Assembly (NCBI GenBank): GCA_947311445.1
Contig: CAMZKV010000037.1
Location: 5,494-69,493, forward strand
Length of the DNA stretch: 64,000 nucleotides
DNA from: an uncultured Chlorobiota bacterium
Lineage (GTDB): Bacteria > Bacteroidota > Bacteroidia > Bacteroidales > JAADGE01
Direction: 5' to 3'
Part shown: piece by piece, positions 28,985 through 37,987 of the stretch
Numbering within the stretch: the stretch's first letter is position 1
Layout: each line of letters begins with the position of its first letter
Position numbers and translations under genes: made by a program
The notes under the pieces: model-generated
What the model was told of the DNA's origin: nothing
The model's input: only the letters and a program-made list of their open reading frames with translations
The model's database searches: none

Positions 28985-29187
28985 ATATAGTTGTTTTGAA
29001 CATTCAAAAATAATAAATAATAAAATAATATTAAAATATATTTTTATCTCTTTTGTTCCGAAGAATTTAAATAATATCTAATTATGGAGTTATGCTTATG
29101 TTGTGGGTTTATATTACTGTCATATTATCTTATCTAATTTAGAAACATTTTAAATAGTGTTTTATAAAAATATATAAAAAGTTTGTT

Positions 29188-32100
29188 TTAAAACTTAGCA
29201 CCAATAACAATGATATCATCAATTTGTTCATAATTACTCATCCAGCGTTCAATTGTATCGTCAAGATGTTGTCTTTGTTCTTTCATTGACATATCTTGAA
29301 TGTTGAGCAAAGTTTTTTTAAACCTTCCAATCATGAATTTTTTATCTCTGGGACCTCCAAATTGATCAGGGTATCCGTCAGAGAATGTGTAGAGTGTATC
29401 TCCTTTTTGTAATTTAACTGTTTGGTTTTTAAATCTTTGATTTATGTCATCATAATTATATATACCAATAGGCATCCTGTCTGCTTCAACAATAATTATT
29501 TCACCATTTCTAACAATATATAATGGATTAAATGCACCTGCAAATTCAACAATCTTTTTCTCTTTGTTAATTTTGCATAGGGCAATGTCCATACCGTCTT
29601 TTGCTTCTTGTGCTTCTCCGGTTTGGTGCAATGCTTCAATAACTTTTGCTTTTAGTAAGTCTAATACGTCAGATGCTTTTAGTTCGTTTTGTGAAGTTCT
29701 AATTATATCGTTAAGGAAAGAAATTCCTAGCATACTCATAAATGCACCTGGAACACCATGTCCTGTGCAATCTGCTGCTGCATAATATGTTATATTATTT
29801 TTTTCGGCTGCCCAATAAAAGTCTCCACTTACAATATCTCTTGGTTTAAACAGAATAAAACTATCTGGCATAAGTCTGTCTAGCAATTTATCTGGTGGCA
29901 ATATTGCATGTTGAATTCTTTTAGCGTAAAGAATACTGTCTTCAATTTCTTTTTTTTGATTTGTAATTTCATCTCTTTGTTGTTCTGCTATATCTCTTTG
30001 AGACTTAATTTCTTCTTTTTGAGCTTCAAGTTCTGTGTTTTTTTCAGTTATTTCTATTGTTCTTTCTGCAACAGTTTTTTCTAGTTTTTCATTTTGTTTT
30101 TTTAGAATTCTCATTCTCCATTTTTGAATTAGCCAAAAAACAAAAATAATCAGCAGAATTACCGGCAAAACAAACCACCATTCTTTGTAAAAAGGTTTTT
30201 TTATTTCAAAATCTACGCTTTGATAATAGCTCCATATTCCATCTTTTCCTTTTGTTCTGTATTTAAAACTGTATTTTCCCGGCGGTAGAATAGGGTAGGT
30301 TGCGATGTTTTTATTTACTTTTGATGCAACATAGGTGTTTAATCCTTGCAGATAATAATCATATTCAACAGAGTTTTCGTCTTTAAATGACAATCCTGAG
30401 ATTTCAAAAATTATGTTGTTTTGAGTTGAGTTCAAAACTTTTGGCATATTTAGAAATCTTTTACCATTTATGAGTATAGATTCTATTCGACAAACCGGTG
30501 TGTATTTTTCAGTTTTTTTCTTTTTTATATCAAAAGTTGCAATTCCGTGATATGTTCCTATCCAAAGGGTGTTTCTTTTATCAAGATAAAGCCCGTCAAC
30601 TGATATTTCATTTCCAAGAAGTCCGTCTCTTGAATCTATTATAAATTCAATTTTATTGTTTGTTTTGTTGTAGTAATATACTCCTCTGTCTGTTCCAATC
30701 CATAGCATATTAGGATTTTCTGCACTTTCAATTGCTGTTACAAGACGATTGCTAAATTCTTCTTTGTTTACAAATTCTACTTTTTCATTTTGATATTTGG
30801 CAAGACCATTTTGTGTTCCTATCCATAAGAATTTTTCAAAACTGGCTGTTTTTTTATTTTGGACAGAATCAATGTGAAGAGCCCAAGTATGGTAGTTTAT
30901 TTCTTTGAATTTTTGGAAAGTTTCGTTCTTAAATATCACTAATCCAGTATTATTTGCTCCAATAATGTTGTTGTCAAATTCAATTATTTGGGAAATTAAT
31001 GAAGTTTCGGAATTTTCAATTTTTAAAATGTCAGATTTAAAATCTTTTAGATAATAAATTATTCCAGAATTTCCTGATAATAGAAACATTTCATTTTTAG
31101 AAGAAATAAAAATGTCATTTAGATGGAATAAGTCTGTTTTAAAAATTTTAGATTTTTTTTGGCGAAGTGTATTTTTATCAATAAGATAAATTCCTTTTGT
31201 ATCTGCAATAACAATATCATTTTCTTTGTTTTCTGAGATTACAAATGAATTGTTTTTTAATTTTAGTTTATCTGTAAAGTTTAAGAGACTACCTTTTATA
31301 TAGTGAATGCCAGTGCTCATTCCTACCCAAACTCTTCCTGAATTATCTTTAAAAACTGAATTTATAGTACTGTTTATATCTTTTGGGTATAGTGTTCTTA
31401 AACTTTTATTAGTTAATTTCTGAACTCCTCCTGAAAAACCAAACCATGTGTTTTCTTCATTGTCAACTATAAAAGAGTTTATCTTATGATTTAGAAGTCC
31501 TATGTTTTTATCGTAAATTATTGGTTTTTGTTTTAATGTTAATATTTGATAAATTTTGTAGTCGGATATGAGCCAAACAGAGCCATTTTTTGTTTGTTTT
31601 ATTTTATTAATTTGTGTGTGAATATTAAGTGTTTCATTTAAAGGAATTGCTCTATTGATACTATCTATCTTATTATCAGTATAATAAACTCCTGACTTTG
31701 AAGAAATCCAAAGTCTTTCATCTGTATCATATAGAGCAGATAGACAAAATTCATTGGTTATTTTTCGTACAGTTTTATTTTCTAAAATAAATAGACCTTC
31801 TCCGGATGCAATAATTATTTGATTAGTTTTTTTATTTATAGATATAGAGTTAATTTTTTTGGGTAAATTATTGATTTGCATATTCATACAAATTTCTTTT
31901 CCTTCCTCAGAGATAGTATATAATCCGTCATCTCCAAAAAATAGTACTCTATTTTTGTCAATACAAATTCCTTTAAAAGAGATATTTTTAAAATATGTTT
32001 TAATTTTTTCATTTTTTTTATTTAAAACTGATATTCCGTTTAGCCCTGCGAAGTATATTTTTCCGTCAATACCTTGATTAATACTAAAAACAGAATTTCC

Positions 32101-33894
32101 TGCTAATCCGTTTTTTGAATTATATATTTTCATTTTTCTGCCATTATATTTTGCGACACCTGAATATGTGCCAAACCAAATATAGCCTTCTGTGTCTTGA
32201 AAAATAGAAAGGACATCTTCTTGTGGTAATCCTTTATCTTTACCATAAAATACGAAAGGAAAATACCCTTCTTGGTATGTTTCGTGAAGGACTGTGAGGT
32301 AATTTTTGGCAGATTGCATACTCATACCTGCCTGATGTTTAAAATATTCATCAAAAATTCCATTTTTTCGAGCATATTCAAAGAATTCAAGTATCTTTTG
32401 TCGTAAAAGTGGCTGATTTTTTTTAATTGCCCAGCCCATTTTTTTTATTTCTCCAATAATAAATTTTGCTTCTAACTTTGGGTAATCTGCTAGTTTAAAA
32501 ACGGATATGTTTGAAATTGTATAGTCTGCTTTGCCGGAAATAACATCGCTAAAAAAATTATTACCGGTATTATGATAATAATTTGTGATATTATTTTGGT
32601 TTAAAGCATATTCATAAGATGAGCCTTTGGATGTTACTCCTCTTAAATTTTTTAAATCGTTAATTGAACTTATTTTTGTGTCTTTTCTTCCAATTACAAC
32701 TTTTGCATTAGGAAGAAAATCTAGAACATCTACTTTTTTTAGTCGCCATTCCAATGGGTCAATTAGATCGCATGCAACATCAAATTCATTAAACCATTTT
32801 GGGTTGTATGCACTGTCTTTTAGAATTTGTCCTTTTTCATTTTCCCAATATCGAGAAAATTTTTCTGTAAAAACAAATTCGGGTTTAAGTCCAAGATATT
32901 TTGCAAAACTTTCGGCAAGAAGATGATTAAATTGTTTTTTTCCGGTAGGATGATATACTAAATCTCTGTCTCTTAGAGCAATAATGATTTTTCCTGATTT
33001 CATTATTTCTTCAATATCTCTTGTTTTATCTCCTTTTTGAAGGCTTGAGAATGAATTTATAATTTCAAGGTAAGTAGAATAATCAATATCATATTTTTCT
33101 CTAAATAGTTCATCTAATTTTCCGTTTCCTCTGATAGTTTCAAAAAAGTTTTGAATTTCTTCTTTTATCTTATTATTTCCTTTTTTTACTGCCCATCCAA
33201 CATTTTGGGGTTTATTAACAGGGAATGTAAGTTTAAAATTATTATTATTTTTAAGATAAGATAATGCAAGAAAAGAAACTGTAATTAGACCATCAGCTTT
33301 GCCTTCTTCAAGAAGTTTTAGGGATTCGTCTTCTGATTTTGTTTTTATGTATTCAATTCCTCCTCCAATTTTTTTATTAATAAGAGAAATGTTTGTTTCG
33401 TATGTTGAATTTTCTAAAAATGCAATTTTTAAACCTTTAAGGTCTTTTTTGCTTTTAATTTTTTTAGAAACATTTTTTTTAGTTATTAAGATGTCACTTA
33501 TTTGAATAATTCCTGAATAGTCAAAAAATTTTTTTCGCCACTCAAGTTCGTAAATTGTTCCACAAATTATGTCTGCTTTTTGCAGAGCATCCGGTGTGTA
33601 GCTAATTTTTGGGTTTGTTTTATAATCATTTGGAATTTTTCCATCTTTTGAGAATACATCATCCCATTTTATTGTTGTTTCTTCAAATTTAACATCTAAA
33701 AATTTTGCAAATTCTTGTGCTGCTGTGTAGTTTACAGTGTTTTTCCAACTTTCTGTAAAAGCGATTGTTATTTTTCCTTCTTTTTTTATTTTCTTTACTG
33801 TTTGAGAATATATAAAGAATGGTATGATGAAAAATAGTATGAATAGTAATTGTTTTTTCATTTTATTAAATGATTCAGTATTTTTTGTAGTCAT
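29188..33894 (-). CDS. Sensor PP2C/SpoIIE phosphatase: two family-3 substrate-binding domains, beta-propeller, Y_Y_Y, TM, coiled coil, SpoIIE
   Basis: Two SBP-like repeats (G.I.IA, DL.GL, G.AD, GWA.KK); repeated D..G..W.G propeller blades; PPGKYSFKYR Y_Y_Y; PRDIVSGDFYW, ADCTGHGVPGA, DGMD, FSDGYPDQFGG, DD catalytic motifs; start may be the later MKKQLL. Confidence 0.88.
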   Translation of the reverse strand: MTTKNTESFNKMKKQLLFILFFIIPFFIYSQTVKKIKKEGKITIAFTESWKNTVNYTAAQEFAKFLDVKFEETTIKWDDVFSKDGKIPNDYKTNPKISYTPDALQKADIICGTIYELEWRKKFFDYSGIIQISDILITKKNVSKKIKSKKDLKGLKIAFLENSTYETNISLINKKIGGGIEYIKTKSEDESLKLLEEGKADGLITVSFLALSYLKNNNNFKLTFPVNKPQNVGWAVKKGNNKIKEEIQNFFETIRGNGKLDELFREKYDIDYSTYLEIINSFSSLQKGDKTRDIEEIMKSGKIIIALRDRDLVYHPTGKKQFNHLLAESFAKYLGLKPEFVFTEKFSRYWENEKGQILKDSAYNPKWFNEFDVACDLIDPLEWRLKKVDVLDFLPNAKVVIGRKDTKISSINDLKNLRGVTSKGSSYEYALNQNNITNYYHNTGNNFFSDVISGKADYTISNISVFKLADYPKLEAKFIIGEIKKMGWAIKKNQPLLRQKILEFFEYARKNGIFDEYFKHQAGMSMQSAKNYLTVLHETYQEGYFPFVFYGKDKGLPQEDVLSIFQDTEGYIWFGTYSGVAKYNGRKMKIYNSKNGLAGNSVFSINQGIDGKIYFAGLNGISVLNKKNEKIKTYFKNISFKGICIDKNRVLFFGDDGLYTISEEGKEICMNMQINNLPKKINSISINKKTNQIIIASGEGLFILENKTVRKITNEFCLSALYDTDERLWISSKSGVYYTDNKIDSINRAIPLNETLNIHTQINKIKQTKNGSVWLISDYKIYQILTLKQKPIIYDKNIGLLNHKINSFIVDNEENTWFGFSGGVQKLTNKSLRTLYPKDINSTINSVFKDNSGRVWVGMSTGIHYIKGSLLNFTDKLKLKNNSFVISENKENDIVIADTKGIYLIDKNTLRQKKSKIFKTDLFHLNDIFISSKNEMFLLSGNSGIIYYLKDFKSDILKIENSETSLISQIIEFDNNIIGANNTGLVIFKNETFQKFKEINYHTWALHIDSVQNKKTASFEKFLWIGTQNGLAKYQNEKVEFVNKEEFSNRLVTAIESAENPNMLWIGTDRGVYYYNKTNNKIEFIIDSRDGLLGNEISVDGLYLDKRNTLWIGTYHGIATFDIKKKKTEKYTPVCRIESILINGKRFLNMPKVLNSTQNNIIFEISGLSFKDENSVEYDYYLQGLNTYVASKVNKNIATYPILPPGKYSFKYRTKGKDGIWSYYQSVDFEIKKPFYKEWWFVLPVILLIIFVFWLIQKWRMRILKKQNEKLEKTVAERTIEITEKNTELEAQKEEIKSQRDIAEQQRDEITNQKKEIEDSILYAKRIQHAILPPDKLLDRLMPDSFILFKPRDIVSGDFYWAAEKNNITYYAAADCTGHGVPGAFMSMLGISFLNDIIRTSQNELKASDVLDLLKAKVIEALHQTGEAQEAKDGMDIALCKINKEKKIVEFAGAFNPLYIVRNGEIIIVEADRMPIGIYNYDDINQRFKNQTVKLQKGDTLYTFSDGYPDQFGGPRDKKFMIGRFKKTLLNIQDMSMKEQRQHLDDTIERWMSNYEQIDDIIVIGAKF

Positions 33895-33905
33895 AAAATA
33901 ACATA

Positions 33906-33932
33906 AAAAAGTATCATTTAATGATACTTTTT
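33906..33932 (-). terminator. Terminator-like hairpin between xseB and the phosphatase gene
   Basis: aaaaagtatcat-tta-atgatacttttt perfect stem with a U-run on the minus strand. Confidence 0.6.
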
Positions 33933-34131
33933 AGGAGTTATTTTCTTCAAATATTTTTTCAATTTGTTTTTCTGTATTCAATAGTTTTAATTTGCATTTT
34001 TCCAAAAGTTCAGAAACTCTTTTTACTTTCCCGGATAATTGGTCAATTTCTACATTATTATTTTCAATATCTTCTAGAATAGTTTCTATTTCTAAAATTG
34101 CATCATTATATGAAATTTCTTTCTTTGCCAT
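33931..34131 (-). CDS. xseB: Exodeoxyribonuclease VII small subunit
   Basis: MAKKEISYNDAILEIETIL..IE....IDQLS.KVKR..ELL..CK.KL..TE..IEKI matches the XseB pattern. Confidence 0.88.
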   Translation of the reverse strand: MAKKEISYNDAILEIETILEDIENNNVEIDQLSGKVKRVSELLEKCKLKLLNTEKQIEKIFEENNS

Positions 34132-34135
34132 TTTA

Positions 34136-34525
34136 TTAGTCTTCAAAAGGAATCATTTCAATTTCTAATCCTGTGTCTAACATATAATCTTCAATGTCTT
34201 CTTCCATATCAATATCATCTTCGTCATAGTACCAATTTATTAATACTTCTCCTCCGTCTTCTTCATAATCTTTAATTATATTAAGTAAATCTAGGATGCT
34301 TCTAGAAGTACTTGTGTTAAAGTATGTTAGTTTTATTTCAAATGTTAAAGGATTTTTCACTTCTGTTGTAAATTCTTCAAGCCATTGAATAAGTGGATCG
34401 TAAAATTCAATTGTATCTTCGAGAAAAGATTCGCCTTCTAATAAGCAATATCCTGTTTCTGAATTAAAATCAACAGTTGGTATAAAAAAATTAGTGTGTG
34501 AACCTTCTATATGTATATTTTCCAT
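34136..34525 (-). CDS. SiaC family (DUF1987) regulatory phosphoprotein
   Basis: TP.VDF...G...GES..E....FY.P...WL, L.YFNTSTSR, INWYYDEDD.DM.E motifs. Confidence 0.88.
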   Translation of the reverse strand: MENIHIEGSHTNFFIPTVDFNSETGYCLLEGESFLEDTIEFYDPLIQWLEEFTTEVKNPLTFEIKLTYFNTSTSRSILDLLNIIKDYEEDGGEVLINWYYDEDDIDMEEDIEDYMLDTGLEIEMIPFED

Positions 34526-34538
34526 TATTTTATTTTTT

Positions 34539-35081
34539 TTATTTATCAACTTTTACTGAGATAGAAAAATAGGATGTTTTTTCATCAATTGGGTTTATTT
34601 CCAGGTCTAGAGGATTGCCGGATGTGAGAGCCACAGTTATTAAACCAATATTTGGACTATGGTTTTCGTCTTTGTTTTCTCGTCTGACGCTTCTTTTGTA
34701 TTCTCTCAATTCTGAATGGTCAAGTTCGTTAATGTTTTTGCTATTTTCCAAAACAGGAATTAGATGTTCATTTTTTATGGGATTTCCTGTAACTAAAATA
34801 AAATTTTTAACAGTTTCTTTAAGGATTATTGTTCCTGCTCCAACTTCTTTACCGTTTTTAAGTTTTATTTTCTCCGAAGAATATTTTGAAATATTTTCAG
34901 CAAGTTCAAAAAATATCTTAAATAATTTTTTTGTTGCTTTTTCTGAAAGAGTGTTTACAACTCCTATATAATCACCAAGATATGTAATTATCTTTCCGTC
35001 AACAGGACCTTTGTATGATATCCTAATTTCTTCTGAAAATAGGCTTTGTCCTAAACTTAGTTTTTTGTTAATTGTTGCCAT
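34539..35081 (-). CDS. SiaB family (DUF6272) protein kinase, paralog 2
   Basis: SYKGP, F.IFFELAENI.KYS, TGNPI, L...Y, NIGLI.VAL.SGNPL; its ATG directly follows the stop of paralog 1. Confidence 0.82.
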   Translation of the reverse strand: MATINKKLSLGQSLFSEEIRISYKGPVDGKIITYLGDYIGVVNTLSEKATKKLFKIFFELAENISKYSSEKIKLKNGKEVGAGTIILKETVKNFILVTGNPIKNEHLIPVLENSKNINELDHSELREYKRSVRRENKDENHSPNIGLITVALTSGNPLDLEINPIDEKTSYFSISVKVDK

Positions 35082-35082
35082 C

Positions 35083-35622
35083 TTATGCTTCTTTATTAAT
35101 TTTAACTGCAATAATATAGAATGATTTTTCTTTTTCAATTTCAATAAAAGAAACATTCAAAGGATTTCTAGAAAGCAGTGCTGCCTGAACCAGTCCAATG
35201 TTTCCCGTTCCTCTTTCTCCTTGCGGAAGTTTTCTGAGCTCTCTTTTGAATGTTCTTAACCCGTCTCTGTCATACGAATTTATTTTGTCGCATTTATCTT
35301 TTAGGATTATTTCATGTTTTTTGTCTATTGGGTTTCCTAAAATAAAATTATAATGATCATCATTATTTTGAATAATGAAAGTTCCAACACCGGAACTTTC
35401 TCCTTTTTTAGTTTGTTCTTGTTCGTTGGAATAGTATGAAACATTTTGTGCAAGTTCAATAAATACTTTAAATATTGTTTTGTTTAATTTCTTATCTGCA
35501 GATATAGAATGTTCAATGTTTTTTCCAAACATTGATAATACCTGACCATCAAACGGACCGGTGTATGACATAACAATATTTTTTCCGGTTAATCGTGTAA
35601 AAACACTTTTAGTAGCACTCAT
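35083..35622 (-). CDS. SiaB family (DUF6272) protein kinase, paralog 1
   Basis: SYTGPF, FKVFIELAQNV.YYS, GN.I, IN......LR, GNIGLV.AALLSRNPL. Confidence 0.82.
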   Translation of the reverse strand: MSATKSVFTRLTGKNIVMSYTGPFDGQVLSMFGKNIEHSISADKKLNKTIFKVFIELAQNVSYYSNEQEQTKKGESSGVGTFIIQNNDDHYNFILGNPIDKKHEIILKDKCDKINSYDRDGLRTFKRELRKLPQGERGTGNIGLVQAALLSRNPLNVSFIEIEKEKSFYIIAVKINKEA

Positions 35623-35664
35623 ATAATCTTATTTTTAGATGTGATTATACTATTTTTAAAAAAA

Positions 35665-35672
35665 CAAATATA
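35665..35672 (-). promoter_or_regulatory. -7 element of the siaB-siaB-siaC-xseB unit
   Basis: TATATTTG on the minus strand about 42 nt upstream of the first ATG. Confidence 0.55.
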
Positions 35673-35911
35673 TATAAAATCTTATACTACACAAAATATG
35701 ATATTTTTTATATACTCAAATACAAATTTTATTAATCTCATTTTATGTATTAAAACTTACACTTAAAAGGGGGGAAAGATGTAATTTATGAGCTGACGAG
35801 CAAAACAGTTCATTTTTTTGGACGAATTAATTTATGGACTAATGGGCAAAACTTGTTGGTTTATTATTTTTTATATAATAATTATTAAAATGTATTATGA
35901 AAAAGTGAATT

Positions 35912-35941
35912 AAAAAAAAAGCCGACAAGTAATTGTCGGCT
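35912..35941 (-). terminator. Intrinsic terminator ending the rhodanese/porin cluster
   Basis: agccgacaa / ttgtcggct stem with an 8-9 nt U-run on the minus strand. Confidence 0.85.
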
Positions 35942-35973
35942 CTGGGATTAACTAAAAATTAGAAAACGAAAAA

Positions 35974-36807
35974 TTATTTTTCAACTTTACCAGTTTTTAC
36001 CCATTCGTTTAATGCTCCATCGTAAACTTTTACATTAGGATATCCAAGAATTGATTTTAATACTAAAAATATAACTCCTGCTCTAACACTTGTTTTGCAA
36101 TAAAGAATTATTTTTTTATTTGAAGTTATTCCTGCGGATTTAAATGCACTTGCTAATTCTGTTTTTGATTTAAATTCCCCTTTCGAGTTTAAAACTTTTT
36201 TAAAATGAAAATTAACTGCTCCGGGAATATGACCCCCTAAACTTTTTTCAGTTTCTCCTTTAAATTCATCAGCCGGACGAACATCTACAAGTAGATAATT
36301 TCCGGATTTTACGTCTTTTAATTTTGCAATATAAGCAAATTTAACACTAGGTGTAAATGTTGTTTTTGATAAAGTTGTAGGAGATGATGAAAATGGTTTT
36401 CTTGCAGCAAACCATGCTTTGTAACCTCCGTTAAGCATTTTTACATTTTTAACACCTAAATATTTAAGTACCCAATACATTCTTCCAGCGTATTTGCCTG
36501 AACCATTATCATACACAACAATTGGTTTTGTGTTGCTTACACCTTTACTTCCAAGTATTGTAGCAATAGCAGAAGATGCTTTTAATTTGCCTTCGGAAGA
36601 CGAATTTAATTCTTTATAATGAATATTAATTGCACCTTTAATATGTGCTTTTGCATATTTCTTTGCTTTTCCTGCATAAATTACAATACATTCTTTCTTT
36701 TTAATCTTTGCTGCCAAATCTTTTGCTGATATAAAATCTTGTGCTTTAATATTCATACTTGAAAGAACAAATATAAATACCATAATTATTGAACTTAATT
36801 TTTTCAT
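35974..36807 (-). CDS. Exported tandem-domain sulfurtransferase (rhodanese, SseA/TST-like)
   Basis: Signal peptide ending in IKA-Q; HIKGA, VVYD.G...AGR.YW.L...G...V..LNGG..AW, DVR...EF.G...GHIPGA, active loop YCKTSVRA, YDGA..EW. Confidence 0.92.
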   Translation of the reverse strand: MKKLSSIIMVFIFVLSSMNIKAQDFISAKDLAAKIKKKECIVIYAGKAKKYAKAHIKGAINIHYKELNSSSEGKLKASSAIATILGSKGVSNTKPIVVYDNGSGKYAGRMYWVLKYLGVKNVKMLNGGYKAWFAARKPFSSSPTTLSKTTFTPSVKFAYIAKLKDVKSGNYLLVDVRPADEFKGETEKSLGGHIPGAVNFHFKKVLNSKGEFKSKTELASAFKSAGITSNKKIILYCKTSVRAGVIFLVLKSILGYPNVKVYDGALNEWVKTGKVEK

Positions 36808-36825
36808 TTTTTTTTTTTAGTATTT

Positions 36826-37920
36826 TTAGAATTTAATTTGAACTTGCATTAAAAACGCATCGTTAGCTACTTCCACATAATTATCTCCAACTCCTAATTC
36901 GCTGTTCATTAAGTAATTAAGTTGAAGCCTTGTATTGTCGTTGAAGAAATAGTTTACTCCTATTGTTATTGTTGATAATTTATCAATTACAGTATTCTCG
37001 ATTTTGTTTTCTGTATCAGGATCAAAAAATTCATATTTAACAATAGGCTGTAAATTAAAATTTGTCATATACATTGCTTGTACAAATGCTCCACCTCTTT
37101 TTTCTCCCATCAAAACAGGATCAGCACCACAACCTCCTCCAGAAGCACCAATGCCTCCTTGGTCTGCAATGTATTCTGCTTGAACTGTAAAATCTTTATA
37201 TTTGAATTCAAGTTCCCCTGCATAGCTTGTTCTATTAATAGTATCTTTGTCTGGAAAACCATATCTAAAACTTCCTCCAACTCTCAAAAAATCTAGAGGT
37301 TTTAATGTAACACGACCAATAACATCTTTTTTTCTATTATTATCGCCGTGTGTATTTGTAAGAGAGCCTATTCCGTTTCCGTTCATAAGAGCAATTGCAT
37401 ATTTTATAAGAGTTTTATTGTCGCCTCCAAGTAACATAATTCCCATATCCCTTTGTGGCGAAACTATTTGGTCTGAAACATTTGCTCTGTTTATTGTATG
37501 CAATCCGTTGCAAGGTGTATTTATTTCCATTCCAAAAGGTTGCTTAAAAGAACCCATGGAAACTTTAGCCCATTTGTACCTTGTATATGAAACAAAGGCA
37601 TCTAACAAATATGGGTATCCTCCGCCAACAAAAGCACTATTTTCGAGAACTACATAATATTTAAAATCATAAGGAATATTACCTTTTACTCCGAGCCTAG
37701 CTCTTTTAAATTTAAAAGTATTTGTATTTTCATTTAAATCAGGAGTATTTTTATCATCATTAAAATGAAATTCATATTGAGGTTGTATAAATCCAAATAA
37801 TTTTGGCTTTCCGCTGTCATCTGTTCCTTCATCTCCATCATCATCGCAACCTTGAGCAAATGCGACTGAATAAATTAAAATAAAAAATAATGACATTAAA
37901 ATAACTGTTAGTTTTTTCAT
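36826..37920 (-). CDS. Phosphate-selective porin O/P-like outer membrane beta-barrel
   Basis: Signal peptide (start MKKLTV), FGFIQPQY, FKFKRARLG..G, LLDAF, G.FKQPFG.E, terminal QVQIKF aromatic residue. Confidence 0.82.
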   Translation of the reverse strand: MKKLTVILMSLFFILIYSVAFAQGCDDDGDEGTDDSGKPKLFGFIQPQYEFHFNDDKNTPDLNENTNTFKFKRARLGVKGNIPYDFKYYVVLENSAFVGGGYPYLLDAFVSYTRYKWAKVSMGSFKQPFGMEINTPCNGLHTINRANVSDQIVSPQRDMGIMLLGGDNKTLIKYAIALMNGNGIGSLTNTHGDNNRKKDVIGRVTLKPLDFLRVGGSFRYGFPDKDTINRTSYAGELEFKYKDFTVQAEYIADQGGIGASGGGCGADPVLMGEKRGGAFVQAMYMTNFNLQPIVKYEFFDPDTENKIENTVIDKLSTITIGVNYFFNDNTRLQLNYLMNSELGVGDNYVEVANDAFLMQVQIKF

Positions 37921-37941
37921 TTTTTTTTTATGAAGTTTAAC

Positions 37942-37972
37942 AAAAAAAGCCTTGAAGATATACAAGGCTTTT
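37942..37972 (-). terminator. Internal terminator-like hairpin between the rhodanese lipoprotein and porin genes
   Basis: aaaagccttg / caaggctttt stem flanked by A/T runs on both sides. Confidence 0.7.
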
Positions 37973-37987
37973 ATTTCTAAAATTTTT

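Noticed and set aside
35785-35860. c-di-GMP-I riboswitch (GCAAAAC segments) upstream of the sia-like unit
   Set aside because: The segments are on the strand opposite the downstream genes and I could not build the P1/P2 stems or the GNRA/receptor pair; kept only as a direct repeat
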